Positions 8,912-17,572 of a DNA stretch of 32,000 nucleotides are shown in pieces. Position 1 is the first letter of the stretch; the number at the start of each line of letters is the position of its first letter. The stretch is from the NCBI GenBank assembly GCA_043825615.1, contig JBDRRS010000004.1, forward strand, positions 82,567 through 114,566, read 5' to 3'. The position numbers and the translations under genes were made by a program. The DNA comes from a bacterium (GTDB lineage Bacteria > CG03). The notes under the pieces are model-generated. The model did no database searches. It was not told where the DNA came from and saw nothing but the letters and a program-made list of their open reading frames with translations.

Positions 8912-9325
8912 TCAAAAACCAGAACAGTCCCCGTTCTTTTCGTTCTTTTTCTTATAAACTTCGGCGGGGTTAAATTCCCTGTCCATTATTATCCGCCAAT
9001 TGTTTCCTTCAAGTTGTCTGAAAAAACACGCTTTGTAACCGAGGTGGCAGGCGCCGTAGGCGGCGGGTTTTACTTTTAGGAGCAGAGAGTCCCCGTCGCA
9101 GTCAAGGTAAATCTCAAGAACTTCCATAAAGTTGCCCGACTCCTCGCCCTTCGTCCAGAGTTTCTTCCGGCTTCTTGAATAGAATGTTGCTTTTTTTGTT
9201 TCCACCGTTTTAAGGAACGCTTCTTCATTCATATAAGCGAGCATCAAAACCTGCCCATCCACGCCGATCAGAACAGCGGGAACAAGCCCCCTGCCATCAA
9301 ATTTTATTTCGTCAATCAGAGCCAT
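8912..9325 (-). CDS. hisI: Phosphoribosyl-AMP cyclohydrolase
   Basis: LVPAVLIGVDGQVLMLAYMNEEAFLKTVETKKATFYSRSRKKLWTKGEESGNFMEVLEIYLDCDGDSLLLKVKPAAYGACHLGYKACFFR. Confidence 0.96.
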   Translation of the reverse strand: MALIDEIKFDGRGLVPAVLIGVDGQVLMLAYMNEEAFLKTVETKKATFYSRSRKKLWTKGEESGNFMEVLEIYLDCDGDSLLLKVKPAAYGACHLGYKACFFRQLEGNNWRIIMDREFNPAEVYKKKNEKNGDCSGF

Positions 9326-10034
9326 ATTTTTCTATCGCCTCCCGTAAGTCCATTTTGTTTTCGTAAACCGCCTTCCCTATTATAACACCCGCCACCCCTG
9401 TCGAGGCAAGGGCTTCCAAATCCTGCAGCCCCTTAACGCCGCCGGAAGCAATAACCGGAATATCCGTCATCCCGACAATTCCCGAATAAAATTCCGGATC
9501 TATTCCCGCCAGAGTCCCGTCTTTCACAATTGAGGTTACAATCACTTCTCTGACAAGCCGTGTTTTCAAACTGTTGAAGAAATCATCCAGCCCCGCGCCC
9601 GAGCCTTCCCTCCAGCCGTGAATCTTCACGTATTTATTCTCCACGTCCGCGCTTAAAACCACTTTATCCGCAAACCACGACAGGATTTCCCCGAACTGCT
9701 GGATATTGTCAAAAAAAACAGAACCGAGGACAATTTTATCAATCCCCTTTTCAATATACTCCTTCGCCGTTTCAAAACGCCTGATTCCTCCGCCGACGTC
9801 AAGAACAACATCCGTTTTTGCTCTTATGTCAAAAATCGCATCCCGCGTGATTTTGTCATCATCGCCGAAAGCGCCGTCGAGATTTACGATATGAAGACGT
9901 TTTGCTCCCTGCCGGCAGAAGACCCCGGCAACTTCCGCCGGGTTTTCAAAATAAACCTTCTCCTTATCCTGTTTCCCCTGGAAAAGACGGACAACACGCC
10001 CGCCCCTCAAATCAATCGCCGGAATTATCTGCAT
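9312..10034 (-). CDS. hisA: 1-(5-phosphoribosyl)-5-[(5-phosphoribosylamino)methylideneamino]imidazole-4-carboxamide isomerase
   Basis: MQIIPAIDLRGGRVVRLFQGKQDKEKVY...VLDVGGGIR...VVLSADVENKYVKIHGW...IVTSIVKDGTLAGIDPEFY...VIASGGV. Confidence 0.96.
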   Translation of the reverse strand: MQIIPAIDLRGGRVVRLFQGKQDKEKVYFENPAEVAGVFCRQGAKRLHIVNLDGAFGDDDKITRDAIFDIRAKTDVVLDVGGGIRRFETAKEYIEKGIDKIVLGSVFFDNIQQFGEILSWFADKVVLSADVENKYVKIHGWREGSGAGLDDFFNSLKTRLVREVIVTSIVKDGTLAGIDPEFYSGIVGMTDIPVIASGGVKGLQDLEALASTGVAGVIIGKAVYENKMDLREAIEKYGSD

Positions 10035-10047
10035 AGTTGGGATAGTT

Positions 10048-10076
10048 GGGGACAGGGCTTTTCAAGACCTGTCCCC
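10048..10076. repeat. 29-nt hairpin repeat GGGGACAGGGCTTTTCAAGACCTGTCCCC, followed by partial direct copies to about 10108
   Basis: 9-bp perfect outer arms. Followed by ATAAGACCTGTCCCCTTCCTTATAAGACCT. Confidence 0.85.
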
Positions 10077-10715
10077 TTCCATAAGACCTGTCCCCTTCCT
10101 TATAAGACCTTTTGTGGAGGGAATTCCTTTCCCCGACGACGCAAGAGCCCTGCCCAGCGCTATGCCGAACGCCTTGAAAACCGCCTCGCTCATGTGGTGA
10201 TTGTCCCTGCCCCCAAGAGAAATAACGTGAATTGTTATGCCCGCCGTATTCGAAACGGCTCTGAAAAAATCTTCTATGAGGCGAAAGTCAAAATCAGATT
10301 TTCTGATGGCGGAAAACTCAACCTTAAAACTCAAAAAAGGTCTCCCCGAAATATCAATCGCGACAAGCGCCAGCGCCTCGTCCATCGGTATTACCGCCGA
10401 GCCGAACCTCGTCAGGCCCTTCCCTTTCTTTATAATTTTTTTCAGGTCTTCACCCAGGCAAATTCCGAGGTCCTCAACGGTATGATGGTCGTCGACTTGC
10501 GTATCGCCCGTCGCTTTTACCTTCAGACAAAATCCTCCGTGACAGGAAAATGCCTCAAGCATATGGTTCATAAAGCCGATGGGGGTATTTATGTCTGCCG
10601 CTGCCGGCCGTTTCTTTCCATCCAATTTTAGCGAAACGCTTATGTCTGTCTCCTTCGTCTTCCTGTGAAAGGTGGCCGAGCTTTTACTTTTTCTTTCCGG
10701 GTTTCTTTTTTTCAT
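10062..10715 (-). CDS. hisB: Imidazoleglycerol-phosphate dehydratase
   Basis: IGFMNHMLEAFSCHGGF, DTQVDDHHTVEDLGICLG, FRLIEDFFRAVSNTAGITIHVISLGGRDNHHMSEAVFKAFGIALGRAL. The C-terminal tail runs into the GGGGAC repeat. Confidence 0.96.
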   Translation of the reverse strand: MKKRNPERKSKSSATFHRKTKETDISVSLKLDGKKRPAAADINTPIGFMNHMLEAFSCHGGFCLKVKATGDTQVDDHHTVEDLGICLGEDLKKIIKKGKGLTRFGSAVIPMDEALALVAIDISGRPFLSFKVEFSAIRKSDFDFRLIEDFFRAVSNTAGITIHVISLGGRDNHHMSEAVFKAFGIALGRALASSGKGIPSTKGLIRKGTGLMEGDRS

Positions 10716-11871
10716 GACATCTCCTTATCTCTATTGATTTCCTGTGGTTTTCCATTCCCTCCTCGCCCGCAAGAAATACGGCGGCTCCGCTGTCCGAGGC
10801 AAAAGACCTTTTATCGTAACTGATTTCGGCATAACTTCTGAGAAAAGTTCCGGCGCTCAGCCCTGACGCAAAAGAGGCTGTCCCGCCCGTCGGAAGCGTG
10901 TGGGAAGGCCCCGCCGTATAGTCCCCCATCGCGACGGCGGAATACTTCCCGAAGAAAACGGCTCCGCATTTTCCGAACCTGTTCCTGTACCGTGAAACAT
11001 TTTTAACCATTACAAGAAGGTGCTCGGGCGCAATGGATTCAATTTTAGCCGTCTGCTCCTTTAAATCCTTTATAAGAAAAACAGAAATCCTGCGCCCGAA
11101 AACGCCCCTGATAAAATTAAAAAGACGCTTTGAAGGCGTTATGAAATACGCTTTTGTTTCAGGAGCGTGCTCAAGCTGCGCTGCCAGGTCAATGATAATC
11201 CATTCCTTTTTTACGCTTTCGTCGGCAAGAATCATTATCTCGCTCGGCCCCGCAAGCAAATCAATGCCCACCGCGCCGAAAACCTGTCTTTTCGCTTCCG
11301 TCACAAACCTGTTTCCGGGTCCAGCAATAAAATCAACCTTCGGAATTTCCCCCGCCCCGTACGCAAAAGCGGCAACCGCCTGAGCGCCCGAAATTCTGAA
11401 AAGCGAAGTGACCCCCGAAAGATGGCAGGCGGCCAGAAGCGCATCCGAAATTTTTGAACTCGCGATGTAAATTTCTCTGACGCCTGCGACTTTCGCGGGT
11501 ATCGCATTCATAAGCACCGAAGACGGGTACAGGAACCGGCCGCTCGGAACATAAATTCCCGCTTTTTCCACCGGCGTAAAACAATGCCTTATTTTCAAGC
11601 CGTTCCTCCCGTACGTTATATTTTTATAGCCGCCGCGGACTTTCCTCTGAAAAGAATAAATCTTCTCTGAAATCCCCGTCAGAAACCGGCGGGCTTTTTC
11701 CGGAAGCCGTTTATACGCAAGAGAAAAATCACGGGGCATCAGACGGAGCCCGGCGGGGGATACGGAAACGCCGTTAAACTTTTTCTCAAAATTAAGAACG
11801 GCGGCGATTCCGCGTTTCCTGACTTCCTTCAAAACAGTTGAAACGGTTTCTGCCACATTCGTTTTTTTCAT
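10684..11871 (-). CDS. hisD: Histidinol dehydrogenase
   Basis: RHCFTPVEKAGIYVPSGRFLYPSSVLMNAIPAKVAGV, DFIAGPGNRFVTEAKRQVFGAVGIDLLAGPSEIMILADE and DYTAGPSHTLPTGGTASFASGLSAGTFLR. Confidence 0.96.
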   Translation of the reverse strand: MKKTNVAETVSTVLKEVRKRGIAAVLNFEKKFNGVSVSPAGLRLMPRDFSLAYKRLPEKARRFLTGISEKIYSFQRKVRGGYKNITYGRNGLKIRHCFTPVEKAGIYVPSGRFLYPSSVLMNAIPAKVAGVREIYIASSKISDALLAACHLSGVTSLFRISGAQAVAAFAYGAGEIPKVDFIAGPGNRFVTEAKRQVFGAVGIDLLAGPSEIMILADESVKKEWIIIDLAAQLEHAPETKAYFITPSKRLFNFIRGVFGRRISVFLIKDLKEQTAKIESIAPEHLLVMVKNVSRYRNRFGKCGAVFFGKYSAVAMGDYTAGPSHTLPTGGTASFASGLSAGTFLRSYAEISYDKRSFASDSGAAVFLAGEEGMENHRKSIEIRRCHEKKKPGKKK

Positions 11872-11878
11872 AACCACC

Positions 11879-13156
11879 TCAATCCCCTTTTATTGAAACA
11901 TTTGCGCCGAGCAACTTCAACTTCTTGAAAAAATTTTCGTAGCCCCTGAAGAGATGAGACAGGTCGCTCACCGTGGTTTTGCCGTGCGAGGCAAGACCGG
12001 CTATAATCATCGCGGCAGACGCTCTCAAATCGCAGGCGAGGAGAGAAGCGCCGCTTAACCGGGAACGCCGGACGGTAAGAACATCCCTTTTAAGAAACAT
12101 TTTCGCATTCAACCTTTTCAGTTCATCAACATACATAAACCGCCCGGAAAAAATATTTTCTTTTATCCTGGAGACGCCTGACGCTTTAAGCATATAAACG
12201 GCCCACAGCGGCTGTAAATCGGTCGGGAATCCCGGATATGACTTTGTCTCGATTCCTGCCGATTCCGGACGGGCGGCTGCTGTAATTTTTATACTGTCGG
12301 AAAATATCCGAACACCAGCGCCGGTCGCCGAAAGAGCCCTTGTAACCGACGACAAATGCCCCGGAATAATATTTTGAACTTTTACTTCTCCCCCGACGGA
12401 TGCGGCGGCAAGAAGAAACGTTCCCGCCTCAATCCTGTCCGGCATCACGGAAAACCTGCAGCCGGCGAGGCGCTTTTTCCCCGAAATAACATACGTATTT
12501 TTCACATGCGATATGTCCGCGCCCATCGCTTTCAAAAAAAGATAAAGATCATAGACCTCCGGCTCTTCAGCGGCATTGGAAATTACCGTTTTCCCCGGTA
12601 TGCCGGCAGCCGCCATAAGAAGATTTTCAGTCGCGCCCACCGAAGGGAACCGGAGTTTGATATCCGCCCCTTTCAAAGACCCTTTTCCGAAAACCATTCT
12701 TCCCTGTGAAATTTTGTATTCGGCTCCCAGCGCCTGCAAGCCGTCAAGATGAATATCTATCGGCCGCTCGCCCAGGGCGCACCCTCCCGGAACAGCGAAA
12801 GAACCCTTTTTCCTCATAGCAAGAAGCGGACCCATAACAAGAACCGATGCCCTCAACTTTCTTACAAGGTTTTCGGGAAGGTCTTCGTGCTTCGCTTTTC
12901 CCCTGATTTTCGCCGTGTTTTTGGAAAACCCGATTTCCTTGCCCAGCCGCCTCAGGAGTTCAAAAATCACAAAAATATCGTCGAGGGCGGGGACATTTTC
13001 GATAACGCATTCTTCGTCTGTAAGAAGCGTGGCCGCAAGAATAGGAAGGGCGGCGTTTTTGGAACCGCTTATTTTGACAGACCCTGAAAGACGCTCCGTA
13101 AAAAGACATTCCGCGTGCGACTTTTCTCTTCTTGCTTTCAGTATTTTATTTACCAT
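11879..13156 (-). CDS. murA: UDP-N-acetylglucosamine 1-carboxyvinyltransferase
   Basis: LSGSVKISGSKNAALPILAATLLTDEECVIENVP, GCALGERPIDIHLDGLQALGAEY, SVGATENLLMAAAG and DLRASAAMIIAGLASHGKTTVSDLSHLFRGYENF. Start chosen at MVNKILKARR. Confidence 0.95.
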   Translation of the reverse strand: MVNKILKARREKSHAECLFTERLSGSVKISGSKNAALPILAATLLTDEECVIENVPALDDIFVIFELLRRLGKEIGFSKNTAKIRGKAKHEDLPENLVRKLRASVLVMGPLLAMRKKGSFAVPGGCALGERPIDIHLDGLQALGAEYKISQGRMVFGKGSLKGADIKLRFPSVGATENLLMAAAGIPGKTVISNAAEEPEVYDLYLFLKAMGADISHVKNTYVISGKKRLAGCRFSVMPDRIEAGTFLLAAASVGGEVKVQNIIPGHLSSVTRALSATGAGVRIFSDSIKITAAARPESAGIETKSYPGFPTDLQPLWAVYMLKASGVSRIKENIFSGRFMYVDELKRLNAKMFLKRDVLTVRRSRLSGASLLACDLRASAAMIIAGLASHGKTTVSDLSHLFRGYENFFKKLKLLGANVSIKGD

Positions 13157-13967
13157 TTTGCGCCGTTGCGACCCTCGGTATTCCCGCCAAATCATTATAA
13201 AGTTTTATATCCGCGTACCCGCAATCTTCAAGCAGTTTTCTGACGGGAGCGTTCTGGTCATATCCAATTTCCAGAAAAAGCCGGCCGCGCGGTTTTAAAT
13301 AATCCCCCGCCTGAAGGACTATTCTCCTTATACAGTCCAACCCTTCCTCTCCGGCAAAAAGCGACTGCGGCCTCTGGCGCAGGACGTCCCTGTCAAGTTT
13401 TTCCAAGGATGCCACATAAGGAGGATTGCTTGCAATTATATCAAATTTTCCGGAGACATTTTCAAAAATATCGGATTTAACCGTGATGACCCGCGCGCCT
13501 AATTTCACCGCGTTTCTTTTTGTAATTTCAAGCGCGCGCTCGTCTATGTCCGCCGCCAGGGCCTCCAGATTTGCAAGGAGCGAAACGGAAACCGCAATGA
13601 CCCCGCACCCGCAGCCGATATCAAGAATGGAGCTTGCGCCGCCTGTTACATCAAGAATTTTTTCGATGAGCGTTTCCGTCGAATTTTTCGGTATAAAAAT
13701 TCCCTCCTCTATGTCAAATTTCATCCCGAAAAATTCCGCCTGTCCTAAAATATATTCAACAGGCGCACCGTCATGTCTTAGTTTAAGATTTTTGAGAAGC
13801 TTTCTGCGGCCGGCGGCTTTAATTTTACTCTCGGAAAAATAACTGCGGCCGTACTCAATTCCGAGCGTCCTGTTGAAAATATGCTCAAAATCTTCTTCGG
13901 AAATCCCCGGAAATTCCCCGCGCAGATTTTTAAAACATTCCTTTACTCTTTCCCCTGCATTTTCCAT
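13146..13967 (-). CDS. prmC: Peptide chain release factor N(5)-glutamine methyltransferase
   Basis: EYILGQAEFFGMKFDIEEGIFIPKNSTETLIE, ILDIGCGCGVIAVSVSLL and DIIASNPPYVASLEKLDRDV (NPPY motif). The gene abuts prfA. Confidence 0.94.
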   Translation of the reverse strand: MENAGERVKECFKNLRGEFPGISEEDFEHIFNRTLGIEYGRSYFSESKIKAAGRRKLLKNLKLRHDGAPVEYILGQAEFFGMKFDIEEGIFIPKNSTETLIEKILDVTGGASSILDIGCGCGVIAVSVSLLANLEALAADIDERALEITKRNAVKLGARVITVKSDIFENVSGKFDIIASNPPYVASLEKLDRDVLRQRPQSLFAGEEGLDCIRRIVLQAGDYLKPRGRLFLEIGYDQNAPVRKLLEDCGYADIKLYNDLAGIPRVATAQNGK

Positions 13968-13972
13968 TCTTT

Positions 13973-14027
13973 TTCCTTATCAGGGCGGTGGGCGTCTTCG
14001 TCCGCCTGTGGAGGAAGGGTGGCGTCC
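13973..14027 (-). repeat. RBS-embedded intergenic repeat, copy in the prfA-prmC gap
   Basis: The minus strand reads TGGACGCCACCCTTCCTCCACAGGCGGACGAAGACGCCCACCGCCCTGATAAGGAAAAAGAATG. It ends in an SD-like AAGGAAAAA followed by the prmC ATG. Confidence 0.85.
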
Positions 14028-14031
14028 ATTT

Positions 14032-15045
14032 CTATGCCAGACCTTCCCACAGTTTTTTCGTGACCTCATCCATTTCGCCGTCCATAAAACCGGCTAAATT
14101 ATAAACGGTGAACTTTATCCTGTGGTCGGTCACGCGGTTCTGCGGAAAATTATACGTTCTTATTTTCTCGCTTCTGTCGCCCTGACCGACCTGTGCCCTT
14201 ATTACGTTTTTCATTGACTCCTGCGCCGAGGCAAGCTGTTGCTCGTAAATGCGCGCCTTGAGCATTTTCATCGCTTTGCGTTTGTTCTGCCCCTGAGATC
14301 TTTCATCCTGACAGGAAGTCACGATTCCCGTAGGGATGTGTGTAATCCTCACCGCAGAATCCGTTTTGTTCACATGCTGTCCGCCTTTGCCGGAAGACCT
14401 GTATGTGTCTATTCTCAAATCGGACGGCTCTATCCTGACCTCCACATCCTCCGGTTCGGGATAAACGGCAACGCTGGCCGCCGATGTATGAATCCTCCCG
14501 CTGCTTTCGGTTGCGGGAATTCTCTGAACTCTGTGGACACCTCCCTCAAACCTGAAAAAATAATAGGCGAACTTTCCGCTTGATTCAAAAACGACCTCTT
14601 TTATACCTCCCATATCAATCGAATGTATCTGAAAAATCTCAATCTTTATTCCGTGGGATTCCGTCATTTTCTGATACATTCTGAAAAGGTCAGCCGCGAA
14701 GATTCCCGCTTCCTTTCCGCCCGTGCCAGCCCTTATCTCAACAATAATGGGCCTCCCCTCAAAAGGACTTTTAAAAAATTTCTCTTCCAGTTCTTTCTTA
14801 ATCAGTTCTGCCCTGCCCCGCAGAGCCGCAACCTCATCCCTGTAAAGTTCCTGAAGTTCCGTATCGTCTTTCAATTCCTGATTTTTTTCCAGTTCTCCTT
14901 CAATCTGTTTTAATTTCATGACAGCGTTGTAAAGCGGTTCCAGTTGTTTATACTGTTTATGGATGTCTCTGTTCGAAAAATCGGAAGTCAGGCGGTTTTC
15001 CAGTTCTTTGAAGTCATTTATTATTTTTAAGTATTTCGCGTCCAA
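14032..15045 (-). CDS. prfA: Peptide chain release factor 1, TTG start
   Basis: VEIRAGTGGKEAGIFAADLFRMYQKMTE, HRVQRIPATESSGRIHTSAASVAVYPE, RSSGKGGQHVNKTDSAVRITHIPTGIVTSCQDERSQGQNK and NFPQNRVTDHRI. Confidence 0.97.
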   Translation of the reverse strand: MDAKYLKIINDFKELENRLTSDFSNRDIHKQYKQLEPLYNAVMKLKQIEGELEKNQELKDDTELQELYRDEVAALRGRAELIKKELEEKFFKSPFEGRPIIVEIRAGTGGKEAGIFAADLFRMYQKMTESHGIKIEIFQIHSIDMGGIKEVVFESSGKFAYYFFRFEGGVHRVQRIPATESSGRIHTSAASVAVYPEPEDVEVRIEPSDLRIDTYRSSGKGGQHVNKTDSAVRITHIPTGIVTSCQDERSQGQNKRKAMKMLKARIYEQQLASAQESMKNVIRAQVGQGDRSEKIRTYNFPQNRVTDHRIKFTVYNLAGFMDGEMDEVTKKLWEGLA

Positions 15046-15080
15046 TTTTTATTCCTTACCAGGGCGGTGGGAGGGTGGCG
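15041..15080 (-). repeat. RBS-embedded repeat, short unit overlapping the prfA start codon
   Basis: The + strand TCCAATTTTTATTCCTTACCAGGGCGGTGGGAGGGTGGCG is directly followed by a second, longer unit. Confidence 0.85.
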
Positions 15081-15150
15081 TCCAATTCTTATTCCTTACC
15101 AGGGCGGTGGGCGTCTTCGTCCGCCTGTGGAGGAAGGGTGGCGTCCAATT
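15081..15150 (-). repeat. RBS-embedded repeat, long unit in the rpmE-prfA gap
   Basis: The + strand TCCAATTCTTATTCCTTACCAGGGCGGTGGGCGTCTTCGTCCGCCTGTGGAGGAAGGGTGGCGTCCAATT matches the copy at 13973-14027 over its GC-rich part. Confidence 0.85.
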
Positions 15151-15162
15151 ATTTTGGTGGAG

Positions 15163-15483
15163 CTACTCGTCGTCGTCTTCGGGCGCTGCTGATTTCTTCT
15201 TTTTCGGCGCTTTTTTCGCCGCAGGTTTAGCTTTCTTCGCAACTCTTTTGATTTTCGGGTTTCTGCGGACTGTTTTACCCTCTGTTTTACTGTATCTTTT
15301 CTCGAATCTGCTCAAACTTCCGACACTGTCAATCAGCTTCTGTTTCCCCGTAAAAAACGGATGGCAGGCAGAACAAATTTCAAGTTTTATGTCTCTGCCC
15401 GCCGTCGAACGCGTTTGCCACTCGTTCCCGCAGGTGCAGGAGACCTTAATCAACTTATATTCGGGATGTAATTTTTCCTTCAT
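15163..15483 (-). CDS. rpmE: 50S ribosomal protein L31 with a Lys/Ala-rich C-terminal extension
   Basis: [27 protein letters not shown]...[30 protein letters not shown], then ...[24 protein letters not shown]. Confidence 0.92.
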   Translation of the reverse strand: MKEKLHPEYKLIKVSCTCGNEWQTRSTAGRDIKLEICSACHPFFTGKQKLIDSVGSLSRFEKRYSKTEGKTVRRNPKIKRVAKKAKPAAKKAPKKKKSAAPEDDDE

Positions 15484-15591
15484 TTATATTTCCTCCGTTC
15501 TTCCGGATTTAATTCTCGCAAAAATAAAAACCTGTGTCAACATAAATATTCGGCGAAAGAATGGGAAAAGAAGCAAAAATAAAAATGCTTC

Positions 15592-15786
15592 TTAAAACTT
15601 TGCCGTAAAACTTACCCTTTGAGTAGTACCGAGTTCGAAATACGGAACAAAGGCATAATCCAGATTATAGCCAAATACCCTTGTTCCTATTCCTCCGCCA
15701 AAACCATTCTGCTCTGTGATTTTATTGTTTGATAAATTATTGTAAAGAGCCCCTGCCTTTTCTCTGAAAAAATTGTTTTCATTCTT
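15592..15786 (-). pseudogene. C-terminal remnant of an outer-membrane beta-barrel protein (PorV/UPF0164-like)
   Basis: Hand translation gives ENNFFREKAGALYNNLSNNKITEQNGFGGGIGTRVFGYNLDYAFVPYFELGTTQRVSFTAKF-stop, ending in a terminal Phe typical of barrel proteins. No start codon in frame; an in-frame TAA lies just upstream. Confidence 0.5.
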
Positions 15787-17515
15787 TGGCTTCCCTTATA
15801 TTATTTTGAAGGATTAAACTGCATTCCTTCTTGTACTTTTCGGATAGTTGGTCATCAGGGGTAATTTCCAGAACTCTTATAAACTCTTCTATTGCTTTTT
15901 TATACATTCCGGTTATTTTATAAACCATCGCTAAATTAAAATGTGCATCTGAATAATCTGAATTTATTTCTATTGCCCGTTTAAATTCAAGAACGGCTTT
16001 ATTGTATAATTTCTTCGCAGCATAAGCGCCCCCGAGATTGTTGTATAAGGTAACATCTTTGGGGTCCAGTTCAATTGCTCTTTTAAATTCGGAAATTGCC
16101 TCATCATATCTGCCCATTTCACAATAAATAAGCCCAAGATTATTATGAGCGCTTGTATAATCCTGAGAAATTTCGATTACTTTTCCATATTCAGAAATTG
16201 ATTTACCGTACTGTTTATTTTTATCATATTCAACAGCCAGATTATAATGTGCTCTCGCGGATTGAGGAGAACTTTCCACAGTTTTTGTCCAGAGAGTGAG
16301 ATTATTTTTCCAGTCGGTATTTCTTTTAATGGTTCTCACCGCATAAAAGATAAAAATGCAAAAAAATAAAAAATTTACGGCATTTTTAGCTCTTGAAAAG
16401 ACTCTTATTTTCAAGGCAGCTATCGAGAGCAATATACAAAAACCGATTGACGGGAGATACAAAAAACGTTCCGCTATCAATGCCGATATTGGTATAAGGT
16501 TGGATACCGGAATTAACGTAACAAAGAACCAGAAGACGGCAAACGAATATTCCTTATCCGACTTAACGGCAATTACTACGAGAATAATCAGGCATGCGAC
16601 AGCAATAAGAACCCCCGGTTCAAAAAATGATTTTGAAATCGGGAAAGCATATTCAACGCATAATCTACCCGGTAAGAAAAGCAACTTTATATAATAGAGG
16701 AAAACCCTGCTTATGGTGAGCAGAGTAAAATACAATCCCCCTCCCCAATATTTGCCCCGGCTCACTTCTCCCAAAATAGAATATCTTACCAGAATATACA
16801 AACACGCTGCCGCAAGCAAAGGCAGATAATACTTTGCCTTTTTCATGATAACTTTTAAATTTCTTCCTGAAATAAAATAGTAATCGTATATGACCAATAC
16901 GAGAGGCAGAGTTACGGCCATTTCTTTTGACATAAGCGCTACAAGATAGAAAATAATCGCAATTGAGTAATATATCAACTTTAGTTTCGGGTAAGTGCCT
17001 TTAATAAATAGAACAAAAGATGAAAGGAAAAAGAACGCGCACAAAAGGTCCGGCCTGGCTGATATATATGCAACCACTTCAGTTTGCACCGGATGGACTA
17101 TAAAAATAAGGCTTGTAAAAAGAGCAATCTTTGAATTTTTCAAAAATAAATTTATCAGAAAATACACAAGAATACCATTTAAAGCATGTAAAAGAATATT
17201 GATAAAACGGTATCCAAAAGGATTTAATCCCCACACAGAATAATCAATTAGAAAAGAAATAATAGGAATGGGCCTATAGAACCTTATACCGGACTTCTCG
17301 GGACTGCCGACGAAATACGGTGAAGTTAAAACAGCGGGTATCTGTTCTATGCTTTTGTATTTACTGTTTACTATTAAATATTCATCGTCATAAACGAATT
17401 CGTTTTTCAAAGAATTGGCATAGACAAGAAATGAAGCTAAAATTATTAAGCCGATTGCGGGCCATTTTTTTTCAAAAAATCCTGTCTGCTGTTTTGCCCG
17501 GTTTTTTTCTTTCAT
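15779..17515 (-). CDS. TMTC-like membrane protein: GT-C type glycosyltransferase fold plus C-terminal TPR repeats
   Basis: NSLKNEFVYDDEYLIVNSKY, FYRPIPIISFLIDYSVWGLNPFGYRFINILLHALNGILVYFLI, FIVHPVQTEVVAYISARPDLLCAFFFLSSF and MSKEMAVTLPLVLVIYDYYF, then four to five TPRs (AISEFKRAIELDPKDVTLYNNLGGAYAAKKLYNKAVLEFKRAIEINSDYSDAHFNLAMVY). Confidence 0.82.
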   Translation of the reverse strand: MKEKNRAKQQTGFFEKKWPAIGLIILASFLVYANSLKNEFVYDDEYLIVNSKYKSIEQIPAVLTSPYFVGSPEKSGIRFYRPIPIISFLIDYSVWGLNPFGYRFINILLHALNGILVYFLINLFLKNSKIALFTSLIFIVHPVQTEVVAYISARPDLLCAFFFLSSFVLFIKGTYPKLKLIYYSIAIIFYLVALMSKEMAVTLPLVLVIYDYYFISGRNLKVIMKKAKYYLPLLAAACLYILVRYSILGEVSRGKYWGGGLYFTLLTISRVFLYYIKLLFLPGRLCVEYAFPISKSFFEPGVLIAVACLIILVVIAVKSDKEYSFAVFWFFVTLIPVSNLIPISALIAERFLYLPSIGFCILLSIAALKIRVFSRAKNAVNFLFFCIFIFYAVRTIKRNTDWKNNLTLWTKTVESSPQSARAHYNLAVEYDKNKQYGKSISEYGKVIEISQDYTSAHNNLGLIYCEMGRYDEAISEFKRAIELDPKDVTLYNNLGGAYAAKKLYNKAVLEFKRAIEINSDYSDAHFNLAMVYKITGMYKKAIEEFIRVLEITPDDQLSEKYKKECSLILQNNIREAKE

Positions 17516-17572
17516 TTGAGTAATAAAATCAAATTATGAAACACAATTATCCATATTTTATTACTTAACCCG

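Noticed and set aside
10048-10108. Treating the GGGGAC...GTCCCC hairpins as intrinsic terminators
   Set aside because: None is followed by a clear U-tract, and they occur within operons between same-direction genes.
9891-10631. 246-aa plus-strand ORF antisense to hisA/hisB
   Set aside because: It lies opposite clearly conserved his genes and has no recognisable domain; such long antisense ORFs are expected in GC-rich coding DNA.
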